64,000 nucleotides of DNA, from the NCBI GenBank assembly GCA_964427545.1, contig CAYRUT010000004.1, positions 3,638 to 67,637 on the forward strand, written 5' to 3'. The position numbers were made by a program, and so were the translations under genes. Origin of the DNA: an uncultured Bifidobacterium sp. (GTDB lineage: Bacteria; Actinomycetota; Acidimicrobiia; Acidimicrobiales; Ilumatobacteraceae). Numbering within the stretch: position 1 is the stretch's first letter; each line of letters starts with the position of its first letter. The notes beneath the pieces are model-generated. The model was not told the DNA's origin, ran no database searches, and worked only from the letters and a program-made list of their open reading frames with translations. This document shows, piece by piece, positions 9,553-17,976 of the stretch.

Positions 9553-9924
9553 GTGCAGACACGCATAGACGAGTTCATCGGTGTCTACGACGCCGACTCG
9601 ACCCTGGTCGGGGAGGTGTCGTACTGGATCGGTGCCCGACTCGGGCGCACGCATTGTTCGTTGTGCGAACTCACCCACGGGCTCTTCACAAAGAAGACCG
9701 CATGGAAGGAGTGCACGGTGGGTCTCCGTGTGCCTTTCCGGACCTTTCACCGGAACGATGCGCCCGCCGACGTTCTCGAATGTGCCGCGGGTCGGTACCC
9801 CGTGGTCATCGCACGCTCTGGGCACGGCCTGTCAGTGATTCTTGATCGCCGTCAGCTCGAGTCGTTCGAGGGCGACACGGCAAGATTCGCGGTCTGGCTT
9901 CGTGACGCCGTGACAGACACCTGA
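9553..9924 (+). CDS. Conserved hypothetical CxxC protein
   Basis: 123 aa with 'GVYDADSTLVGEVSYWIGARLGRTHCSLCELTHG'. Coding-like codon bias. It starts 10 nt after the previous gene. No family recognised. Confidence 0.4.
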   Translation: MQTRIDEFIGVYDADSTLVGEVSYWIGARLGRTHCSLCELTHGLFTKKTAWKECTVGLRVPFRTFHRNDAPADVLECAAGRYPVVIARSGHGLSVILDRRQLESFEGDTARFAVWLRDAVTDT

Positions 9925-10884
9925 CTATTTCAGGATCTTGTTCGCAATCTCGCCGACCAGGCCGATGCGGTCTGTGATGTGCCCGTTGACCGGCATGTTG
10001 ATGGTGAGACCATCGAGGCCGGTGTCCACCATCGCCTGCATCTGCTCGCCGACTGTGTCGGGATCACCATAGAGGATCATCCCCTTCACCATCCCGAGAA
10101 CCTGGTCCGACCAGCCCTTCACGGAAGCCATGTCGCGAAGATCTGCCTCGGCCTGTTCCATGGTCGGCGCCACGCACACCATTGTCATCTTCGTGACCTT
10201 GATCTCCGCACGGTTGCGACCGAGGCGTGCGCAGTGCTCACCCAGAACCTCGATCTTGTGCCGTATCTCGTCATTCGTTCCGCGGGTCAGGTTCGACTCG
10301 TCTGCGTACTGGGCGACCATGCGCAATGTCTTCTTCTCGCCGCTGCCACCGATCATGACGGGAACGCGCGAGACCGTCGCGGGCGAGTTGACTGCGTCGG
10401 TCACCGAGTAGTGCTTGCCGCTGAACGAGACCGTCTCCCCGCGCAGCATCGGGATGATGATCTGCAGTGCCTCCTCGAGTTTCTCGAAGCGGTCAGTGAA
10501 TGTTCCGAACTCGTAGCCGAGAGAATTGTGCTCCAGCTCGAACCAGCCCGCACCGATGCCCAGGGTCGCACGGCCGTGAGACACGTGGTCGAGAGAGGTG
10601 ATGGTCTTTGCCAGCAACGTCGGGTTGCGGTAGGTGTTGCCGGTGACCAGTGCCGAGAGACGCACGGTCTTGGTGTGCTGAGCGAGTGCCGACAGCATGG
10701 TGTAACACTCCATCATCGGTTCGTCGTGAGCACCGATCCCAGGCAACTGGTAAAAGTGGTCCATCACGAGAACTCGGTCGAAACCGGCATCTTCTGCTGC
10801 TTTGGCCTGGCTGACCACACTGTCGAAGATGTTGGTGCCTGCCGGGTAGGTGAAATTGGGTATCTGGTAACCGAGTCGCGTCAT
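9925..10884 (-). CDS. LLM class F420-dependent oxidoreductase
   Basis: 319 aa: 'MTRLGYQIPNFTYPAGTNIFDSVVSQAKAAEDAGFDRVLVMDHFYQLPG', typical of the Rv1855c-like LLM subgroup. Confidence 0.8.
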   Translation of the reverse strand: MTRLGYQIPNFTYPAGTNIFDSVVSQAKAAEDAGFDRVLVMDHFYQLPGIGAHDEPMMECYTMLSALAQHTKTVRLSALVTGNTYRNPTLLAKTITSLDHVSHGRATLGIGAGWFELEHNSLGYEFGTFTDRFEKLEEALQIIIPMLRGETVSFSGKHYSVTDAVNSPATVSRVPVMIGGSGEKKTLRMVAQYADESNLTRGTNDEIRHKIEVLGEHCARLGRNRAEIKVTKMTMVCVAPTMEQAEADLRDMASVKGWSDQVLGMVKGMILYGDPDTVGEQMQAMVDTGLDGLTINMPVNGHITDRIGLVGEIANKILK

Positions 10885-11052
10885 GAGAAATGTTTACACC
10901 ACCGATGACATCGTCGCCGCTACCGGACACCGACGTAGTGACGTACCCGAGGTGAGTGACAATTGTGCGGCGTTGTTTCGGAATAGCGCAGGAAGCCTCG
11001 GTGTTCCAACCTGTGCTGAACAATTCAGCCAAAATCCCCCAAGGAGAAAACC

Positions 11053-11601
11053 ATGAAGAAGACGCTCGCAGCACTTGCGGTCGCATCGGCATTCACGCTG
11101 TCGGCGTGCGGTGCAGACGGCTCCACCGCCGACACCACAGTTCCGGCACCCGACACGACCGAGATCACGCAGGAACCGGGCACGGTTGTCGAGGTTGCCC
11201 AGGGCAACGACGACTTCTCGACACTGGTTGCGGCGATCGTTGCCGCAGGTCTCGGCGATGCGCTCTCGGGCGACGGACCCTTCACTGTGTTCGCCCCCAC
11301 CAACGCGGCCTTCGAGGCCCTGCCGGAGGGTCTGCTCGAGAAACTGCTGCTGCCGGAGAACAAGGATGTCCTCGTCAAGATCCTGACCTACCACGTGGTT
11401 GCAGCAAAGGTCATGGCCGCTGATGTCGCCGCAGGAGAAGTGGCAACTCTCGAGGGTTCGTCGTTCACGATCACCACCGACGGTGGGGTCAAGGTCGACG
11501 CAGCCAATGTGACCGCCACCGACATCGCAGCATCGAACGGTGTCATCCATGTGATCGACGCGGTCATTGTTCCCCCGTCGGTCGACGTGTCGTCACTCTG
11601 A
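11053..11601 (+). CDS. Fasciclin (FAS1) domain lipoprotein, MPB70-like
   Basis: Lipobox 'FTLSAC'. FAS1 motifs '[15 protein letters not shown]' and '[13 protein letters not shown]'. AAGGAG RBS 8 nt upstream of the ATG. Confidence 0.85.
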   Translation: MKKTLAALAVASAFTLSACGADGSTADTTVPAPDTTEITQEPGTVVEVAQGNDDFSTLVAAIVAAGLGDALSGDGPFTVFAPTNAAFEALPEGLLEKLLLPENKDVLVKILTYHVVAAKVMAADVAAGEVATLEGSSFTITTDGGVKVDAANVTATDIAASNGVIHVIDAVIVPPSVDVSSL

Positions 11602-11616
11602 CCAATCTCCCCACAG

Positions 11617-11652
11617 AGAGCCGGCCGTGGCACTGCCGCGGTCGGCTCTTTG
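11617..11652 (+). terminator. Putative intrinsic terminator after the fasciclin gene
   Basis: 13-bp stem agagccggccgtg / cgcggtcggctct, including 2 G-U pairs as + strand RNA, with a 7-nt loop followed by a short T run (cTTTg). It sits in the 60-nt gap between convergent genes. Confidence 0.45.
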
Positions 11653-11661
11653 CGTGCGGGG

Positions 11662-12441
11662 TCAGAAACGGTTCCGCACGGCCCAGAGATCCGGGAACAC
11701 CGGCCTGAACAATGTCGAGGCGAGATACCCGACCCCGCTCGAACCACCGGTACCGGACTGGTTGCCGATGGTGCGCTCGACCATCTTCACGTGGCGGTAA
11801 CGCCACTCCTGCACGCCCTCGTCGAGATCCACGAGCCGTTCGAGCAGCAACGACACTTCGTTGTCGTTGCGGTACACCCCGACCAGCACATTCTGAACCT
11901 CGTCGTCGGCGCCCTCGAATGTGGAGGTCTGGTCGTCGAGTCGTCGCGCCGGGATTGCATGACCCCGCGCGGAAAGAAGAACGAGCGTGCTCCCCCACAA
12001 CGACCGTCTCGACAGAACTGCCTCGAGGCTGGTGCTCTGGTCGTCATCGAGCAGGTTGACGGGAATGTCCTTGCGACGCCCGAGGACCGCCTCGAACTCA
12101 CGGAACTGCGCCGACTGGAATCCGCTCGAGGACTCGAGACGCGCCCTGAACGAGTTGAACTGCAGCGGTGTCATGGTCTCGAGAATGTCGACCTGTGACA
12201 CCAACGTCTTGAGAATCGTGCGGATCCGACCCACCAGTGCAAGCGAGCGGTAGAGATCGTTCGACTCGAGAGCCTGCTGGGTGGCGGTCAACTCGTGCAG
12301 CAACTGCTTGAACCACAGTTCGTACGTCTGGTGGATGATGATGAAGAGCATCTCGTCGTGCTCCGGGCCGTCTGACAACGGCTCCTGCAGTTTCAGAAGC
12401 TGCGGGATCTTCAGGTACGAGCCGTAGGTCAGGGCTGTCAT
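11662..12441 (-). CDS. kynA: Tryptophan 2,3-dioxygenase
   Basis: 259 aa: 'YGSYLKIPQLLKLQEPLS...HDEMLFIIIHQTYELWFKQLLHEL', the characteristic bacterial TDO N-terminus. Confidence 0.9.
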   Translation of the reverse strand: MTALTYGSYLKIPQLLKLQEPLSDGPEHDEMLFIIIHQTYELWFKQLLHELTATQQALESNDLYRSLALVGRIRTILKTLVSQVDILETMTPLQFNSFRARLESSSGFQSAQFREFEAVLGRRKDIPVNLLDDDQSTSLEAVLSRRSLWGSTLVLLSARGHAIPARRLDDQTSTFEGADDEVQNVLVGVYRNDNEVSLLLERLVDLDEGVQEWRYRHVKMVERTIGNQSGTGGSSGVGYLASTLFRPVFPDLWAVRNRF

Positions 12442-12448
12442 GTCTGCC

Positions 12449-13759
12449 CTAGCGGACGACCTGCACGGTGAGGCGCCGTTCTGATATCGCCAGCTTGGTC
12501 GACCGGTACCTGATGGTGACCGTCAAGGTCTTCACCTTCGAGAACGTGTAGCGCTTGGCCGAGTACTTCATGCCGTTTCTCGAGTTGACCACGATCTTCG
12601 CCGTGCCGAACTTCTTCGTCTGGAGAACTCCTGCCGCCCGCAGGAGAGCATCGGCACTCAACTTCTTGTTCTTCTTGACGACCAACACGCGCTGCACGGA
12701 CACGGTGGGAATGGAGAACCCGATTCCCGTGGTGTTCACCAACAGGCCCGCGTCACTGGCAACGTACTGTGTGTTCGGAACGGTGGAACCGCTGCCGACG
12801 GTTCGCCTCACCGGAAGGGTCGTTGCATTCGCCTGCTGGGGTGTGAGACCGAACGATGCGTCGAGATAGGCCGACGGCAGGAACATGCGGAAATACGACA
12901 GATTGAGTTCTTGTGAACCGTTGACCGGCAACCTGAAGTGTGGCCCTGCGATCTTGAGCTGCGCGGCGCCTGTGAACCGGTCGGTCGACGTGAGACCGAA
13001 CACCGAGGCGTCGGTGTCGACCCAGCCGCCACGGCTTTTCTCTTCGAACACGTTGATGAGGCAGTTGTTCGAGGGGTCGATCTGACGACAGGTGTCGTCG
13101 ACGAAGTCGGGCGGCACCACCGAACTGCGCATCGCAGGCAGCAACAGCATCGACACGCGGTTGGTGACTTTCCAGGTTGCGGTCTCGCCGATCGAGCACG
13201 TGTCGATCTCGATGACCCACCCCACGCAGTAGCCGGTCGACGCCCCGTGGGTCTCCACTGCGTTGGCCGAGATCGAAGCAACATCGCGCACTCCGGGTGC
13301 AGCCGGTGCGAACGACTGGAGAGTGCCGTTGACGATCACCGCATTCACCGCAGCAGTCGGGTGCGACGATGCCTGCCGGCGGAAGTTGACCACGACATTG
13401 CCGAGCGGTGAGCCGTAACGCAAGGCGCCCGGATAGATCACCATGTACGGGTACTCGCACTGTGACACCGTGGTGTCGACAAATCGACACGGGCCACCGT
13501 AGAGTCCGCCGCCGATTCCGTAATGGGCCTGCATCTGGTTCGCGACGGGCACCAACGGAACCCCGTCGATCGTGATCGAGTCGATGCAGCCCTTCACCGT
13601 GTCCGAGGCGCAGAACCCGAGACCCTTGTTGGAAGTCAACGGCGTGTTGTAGATGTAGACACCCAGTGGGTTTGCAGAGACTGGTGCAGCGGGTGCCACC
13701 ACGGGCACGACGCACATCGATGCAAGAAACGACAGGGCAAGGAACAACCGACGGCTCAT
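12449..13759 (-). CDS. Secreted Cys-rich hypothetical protein with a basic C-terminal module
   Basis: ORF 12449..13768. ATG at 13759 gives the signal peptide MSRRLFLALSFLASMCVVPVVAPAAPVSA. No recognised domain. The Lys/Arg-rich beta-type tail resembles the tail of the S8 protease. Confidence 0.6.
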   Translation of the reverse strand: MSRRLFLALSFLASMCVVPVVAPAAPVSANPLGVYIYNTPLTSNKGLGFCASDTVKGCIDSITIDGVPLVPVANQMQAHYGIGGGLYGGPCRFVDTTVSQCEYPYMVIYPGALRYGSPLGNVVVNFRRQASSHPTAAVNAVIVNGTLQSFAPAAPGVRDVASISANAVETHGASTGYCVGWVIEIDTCSIGETATWKVTNRVSMLLLPAMRSSVVPPDFVDDTCRQIDPSNNCLINVFEEKSRGGWVDTDASVFGLTSTDRFTGAAQLKIAGPHFRLPVNGSQELNLSYFRMFLPSAYLDASFGLTPQQANATTLPVRRTVGSGSTVPNTQYVASDAGLLVNTTGIGFSIPTVSVQRVLVVKKNKKLSADALLRAAGVLQTKKFGTAKIVVNSRNGMKYSAKRYTFSKVKTLTVTIRYRSTKLAISERRLTVQVVR

Positions 13760-13792
13760 GCAGACCACTCTAACGACGGAGTGTGTTGTCGT

Positions 13793-16027
13793 TTACTGCT
13801 TGCCCATCTCGGCATCGTGGTGCACCTTGGCATCCGGACCGGGAGAGTTGCTCAACAACTCGACGTCGACATGCTTGATCACGCCGGTGAAACGGAACGG
13901 CGACTGATACGTGGGTGAGACCCGCGAGCCGTTGTCGCAACCGATGTCCATGCCGTTGAACGGCATCCACCCACGGATCATCTGGGGAATCTCCACCTCG
14001 CCGACCTTCTCACCGTCGACCGACAGCACACCGGTGCCACCGGTGCGGGTGGTCTTCGTGAACTCCCACTCGACAGTGTGTTCACCGGGGTTCAGCGCGA
14101 CCTTCGCCCTGATCTCGTGCGGTTCCTGGGGGAAGTGATAGCGGTAACAGACCTCACCGTTCTGGATGAACATTGCATAGCCGCCCCACTGGTCACCGTC
14201 TTTCATGATGACGCCCTCGCACCCGCCGGCGGGCACAACGATGTGCGCGGTGACCCGGTGACTCGTGTTCATGAGCTGCGGTGAGTTGTCAGACGGAATC
14301 CGTTCGGTTCCCGGCCACAGACGGAAGAAGCGCACTGCCGGCCGCTTGTTGGGCGAGCGCAGACCGTCTTCGATCGGCAGCACGTTGTACTTCGCGGCCT
14401 CTTCCCACCAGACAGCAATGAGTTCCCTCAGTTTGTCCGGGTGTTGTTCGGCAAGATTGTTTGCCTCGGAGAAATCCTCGTTCAGGTTGTACAGCTCCCA
14501 CTCGTCCTCGTCGAGCGGCGTGCGGTACTTGTGCATCGCCACGGCCTTCCAGCCGTCCATCACGAGACCGCGGTGGCCCAGCATCTCGAAATGCTGCACC
14601 TTCTTGCGTGTCGGCTCGCCCGGGTTTTCGAACGAGTACTTCATCGAGGTGCCGTGCATCTTCATCTGCTGCACCCCGCCCATCACCTCGGGCTTCTCGG
14701 TGCCGATCACCTCGAGCATCGTGGGTGCGAGGTCCGACACGTGGTGGAACTGGTGACGCAGGGTGCCCGCCGCGTCTTTCGGGAATCCGTCGGGCCAGTG
14801 AAGCACCAGTGGGTCACGCACGCCGCCGCCGTGGGTGTTCTGCTTGTAGAACTTGCACGGGGTGTTGCCGGCCATTGCCCAGCCCAGCGGGTAGTTGTTG
14901 AACCACTGTGTCTCACCGATCTCGTCGATGTACCGCAGTGTGTCGGCGAGATCGAACTTCGTGCGCTCGAAGTAGCGCCCCTGGTTCAGGGTTCCGTTCG
15001 GTGTGCCTTCCTGTGATGCACCGTTGTCGCTCATCACCATGAAGATGGTGTTGGTGAGTTGACCCACCATCTCGAGTGTCGCGACGAGACGGCCGATCTG
15101 TTCGTCTGTGTGGGTCAGCATCGCCGCGTACGCAGCCTGGAAACGCACGTAGAGCCGCTTCTCGTCGTCTGTGAGTTCCTCCCACGCACGCACACCGGGA
15201 TTGCGCGGCGGCAGCACCGTGTCATGCGGCACGATTCCCATCGCCTTCTGTCGTGCGATGCGCTCGTCACGTGTGACGTCCCACCCTTTCTCGAACACGG
15301 GCACGTACTCGTCGATGAGTTCCTTGCGCACGTGGTGCGGCGAGTGGCCTGCGCCGAAGGCCAGGTAGAGAAAGAACGGCTTGTCGGGGGCGAGACTCTT
15401 CTGGTTGACGATCATCGAGATCGACTTGTCGACGAGATCCTCGGTGAGGTGGTAGCCCTCCTTGTCGGGCTTCGGTATGTGATGGTTGTCTTCCGTGAGG
15501 AACGGGTCCCACTGGTTCATCGCACCGTCCATGAACCCGTAGTACCTGTCGAAGCCGCGCTGCGTCGGCCACAGATCGAACGGGCCTGCCGGGCCGATGT
15601 GGTGCATCGGGGTCAGATGCCACTTGCCGACGGCCCATGAGTTGAACCCGAGAGGGCGCAGAACCTCGGGCAACAGCGCGGCATCCTTGCGGATGTGGCC
15701 GCGGTACCCCTCGAAGCCGTAGTCGTAGTTCGCGAGCGACCCCATTCCCACTGCATGGTGGTTCATGCCGCTCAGCAACGACGCGCGGGTCGGCGAACAC
15801 AACGACGTGGTGTGGAAGTTCGTGTAGCGCAGACCGCCGGCGGCGAGACGGTCGATGTTCGGCGTGCGGATCTCGCTTCCGTAGCAACCGAAATCGCTGA
15901 ACCCGACGTCGTCGAACACGCAGAACACGATGTTCGGTGTTCCCCGCGGCGCCGTCGGCAACGGCGGGTACACCGGAGTGTTCTCCGCCATCGTTGCTCC
16001 TGCCGGAACGGTCTCGTACTTGCCCAT
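13793..16027 (-). CDS. Arylsulfatase (formylglycine-dependent sulfatase family)
   Basis: In-frame ATG at 16027 (MGKYETVPAG...) preceded by AAGGGGG. Sulfatase signature 'CSPTRASLLSG' and 'FCVFDDVGFSDFGCYG'. The 5' part of the track ORF overlaps the upstream gene and is rejected. Confidence 0.9.
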   Translation of the reverse strand: MGKYETVPAGATMAENTPVYPPLPTAPRGTPNIVFCVFDDVGFSDFGCYGSEIRTPNIDRLAAGGLRYTNFHTTSLCSPTRASLLSGMNHHAVGMGSLANYDYGFEGYRGHIRKDAALLPEVLRPLGFNSWAVGKWHLTPMHHIGPAGPFDLWPTQRGFDRYYGFMDGAMNQWDPFLTEDNHHIPKPDKEGYHLTEDLVDKSISMIVNQKSLAPDKPFFLYLAFGAGHSPHHVRKELIDEYVPVFEKGWDVTRDERIARQKAMGIVPHDTVLPPRNPGVRAWEELTDDEKRLYVRFQAAYAAMLTHTDEQIGRLVATLEMVGQLTNTIFMVMSDNGASQEGTPNGTLNQGRYFERTKFDLADTLRYIDEIGETQWFNNYPLGWAMAGNTPCKFYKQNTHGGGVRDPLVLHWPDGFPKDAAGTLRHQFHHVSDLAPTMLEVIGTEKPEVMGGVQQMKMHGTSMKYSFENPGEPTRKKVQHFEMLGHRGLVMDGWKAVAMHKYRTPLDEDEWELYNLNEDFSEANNLAEQHPDKLRELIAVWWEEAAKYNVLPIEDGLRSPNKRPAVRFFRLWPGTERIPSDNSPQLMNTSHRVTAHIVVPAGGCEGVIMKDGDQWGGYAMFIQNGEVCYRYHFPQEPHEIRAKVALNPGEHTVEWEFTKTTRTGGTGVLSVDGEKVGEVEIPQMIRGWMPFNGMDIGCDNGSRVSPTYQSPFRFTGVIKHVDVELLSNSPGPDAKVHHDAEMGKQ

Positions 16028-16082
16028 GGTGCCCCCTTGAGTTGCCGAACGAATCAGTGCGTTCGGTCGTGTCGGAATCGAA

Positions 16083-17336
16083 TCAACCGTGACCGGGAAT
16101 CGACTTCCACGGCCCGCCGTCGGCGCGCGGCTCCTTCGGCAGACCGAGAACCTGTTCACCGACGATCCCGCGTTGCACCTGGCTGGTTCCCGCATAGATG
16201 GTGCCGGCCCGCGCGTTCAGGAACACGCCGACCCAGTTGGCCGAGTCGTTCGGGGAACCGGGCGAGTCGGTGGTGAATGCGGTGTGCGGAGTCTGGCCGA
16301 CAGGCACCAACGCATCGGCACCGAGAATGTCGACGGCGAGTTCGGTGACTTCCTTGTGGTACTCCGACCACCACAGCTTGCCGATGGATGCGTCGGCACC
16401 GGGTTGACCGCCGTTCATGAATGCGGTCAGCACGCGGTAACCGAGGAAGCGCATGATCTCGACCTTGGTGTGAGCCTTGGTGAGGCGCTGGCGGATGTGC
16501 GGGTCTCCGGTGAGACCCTTCTCCTGCGCGAGTTTCGTCAACTTGTCGAGTTCGCCGCGGAACGAGATGCTGTTCACGGCTGCGCTGGCACCACGCTCGT
16601 TGCCGAGCAGCGTCATCGCGACCATCCAGCCGCCGTTCACCTCGCCGACGACATTCTCCTTCGGACAACGCGCATCGGTGAAGAACACCTCGTTGAACTC
16701 CGAGTCTCCCGACATCATCTTGATGGGGCGGACCTCGATGCCCGGCTGACGCATGTCGACGAGAAGGAAGGTGATGCCGCGGTGCTTCACCTCGTCGGGT
16801 GCGGTGCGTGCGAGAACGAAGATGTGGTTCGCGAGGTGTCCTGCCGAGGTCCAGATCTTCTGGCCGTTGATGATCCACTCGTCACCGTCGAGCACGGCGC
16901 GACAGCCGAGGTTTCCGAGGTCCGAGCCGGCTGCCGGCTCGGAGTACCCCTGGCACCAGCGGTCTTCGCCCGACAACACGCGGGGCAGGAAATGCTTCTT
17001 CTGCTCTTCGGTGCCCACGGCGATGATCGTGTTGCCCAGCATGCCGATGCCGAACCCGTCGTTCGGGCCGCCACCGGGGACCCCGGCGCGGGCGAATTCC
17101 TCGGCCAGCACGAGCTGCTCGATGTGACCGAGACCGGCACCGCCGTACTCCTTCGGCCAGGTGACGGCGAGATAGTCGTTGTCACGCAGTTTCGTGCGCC
17201 ATTCCTCGGTGAAGTTGGCGGCGTCGGCGTGGTTCAGGGCACCGATTCCCTTCCAGTCTTTCGGCAGGTTGGCGTCGAGAAACGAGCGCACCTTGGCGCG
17301 GTATGTGTCGGCTTCGGGTGGGTAGACAAAATCCAT
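16083..17336 (-). CDS. Acyl-CoA dehydrogenase family protein
   Basis: 417 aa: 'WCQGYSEPAAGSDLGNL...DEWIINGQKIWTSAG'. Typical ACAD middle and C-terminal domains. Confidence 0.9.
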   Translation of the reverse strand: MDFVYPPEADTYRAKVRSFLDANLPKDWKGIGALNHADAANFTEEWRTKLRDNDYLAVTWPKEYGGAGLGHIEQLVLAEEFARAGVPGGGPNDGFGIGMLGNTIIAVGTEEQKKHFLPRVLSGEDRWCQGYSEPAAGSDLGNLGCRAVLDGDEWIINGQKIWTSAGHLANHIFVLARTAPDEVKHRGITFLLVDMRQPGIEVRPIKMMSGDSEFNEVFFTDARCPKENVVGEVNGGWMVAMTLLGNERGASAAVNSISFRGELDKLTKLAQEKGLTGDPHIRQRLTKAHTKVEIMRFLGYRVLTAFMNGGQPGADASIGKLWWSEYHKEVTELAVDILGADALVPVGQTPHTAFTTDSPGSPNDSANWVGVFLNARAGTIYAGTSQVQRGIVGEQVLGLPKEPRADGGPWKSIPGHG

Positions 17337-17425
17337 GGCGTCACCCTAGGTGACGACCCCGAGGCACCTTCCAACCGAGTGCGCCAGGTGGTGGGAAACA
17401 CGACCCACCTGCCTAGGCTGAAAAG

Positions 17426-17926
17426 GTGACCAAACTACTCAACTTTCCGGCCGAGGTGAACGACACCTCCGCCCGCATCGTCGCAACCGGTGCCGTCGCG
17501 ATGTCGGCGGGTTATGCCGTCACCGGGTGGGCGTGGTTGCTCATACCTCTTACATACGGCTTCGTTGCGCGGGTTCTCGCAGGGCCGACGTTCAGCCCCC
17601 TTGCGCGACTCGCGACGCAGGTGATCACCCCGCGCATCAACGCACAGCACCGCATCGTTCCCGGGCCGCCCAAGCGGTTCGCCCAGGCGATCGGTGCTCT
17701 CTTCAGCATCTCTGCATCGGTTCTGTGGGCGCTCGACCTGGTCACCGCATCACGATGGGTCGCGGCCGCACTAGCCGGCCCCGCCCTTCTCGAGGCGGCA
17801 CTCGGATTCTGCATCGGCTGCAAGATGTTCGCGGGTCTCATGCGGATCGGCGTCATCCCCGAGAGCGTGTGCGTCGAGTGCAACGACATCTCGTCGCGGC
17901 TGCGCGCCCAGGGTGTCCTGCAGTAA
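17426..17926 (+). CDS. DUF4395 family membrane protein
   Basis: 166 aa: 'PKRFAQAIGALFS...LEAALGFCIGCKMF', with four hydrophobic segments. Confidence 0.7.
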   Translation: MTKLLNFPAEVNDTSARIVATGAVAMSAGYAVTGWAWLLIPLTYGFVARVLAGPTFSPLARLATQVITPRINAQHRIVPGPPKRFAQAIGALFSISASVLWALDLVTASRWVAAALAGPALLEAALGFCIGCKMFAGLMRIGVIPESVCVECNDISSRLRAQGVLQ

Positions 17927-17976
17927 GGGACATTCCTTCATAGAAGAGGCACGTTCGTCGTCAGTACCGTGACGGC

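Noticed and set aside
11015-11029. Palindrome GCTGAA-caa-TTCAGC just upstream of the fasciclin gene RBS; also ACAATTGT nearby
   Set aside because: It is short (6-bp arms), with no cognate regulator adjacent and no second copy. It cannot be distinguished from chance without comparative data.
17337-17425. Imperfect inverted repeats (CCTAGGTG...CACCTGCCTAGG; CAGGTGGtGGG...CCCACCTG) between the acyl-CoA dehydrogenase and DUF4395 genes
   Set aside because: The arms are interrupted and the alignment is ambiguous, so support for calling an operator or structured RNA is insufficient.
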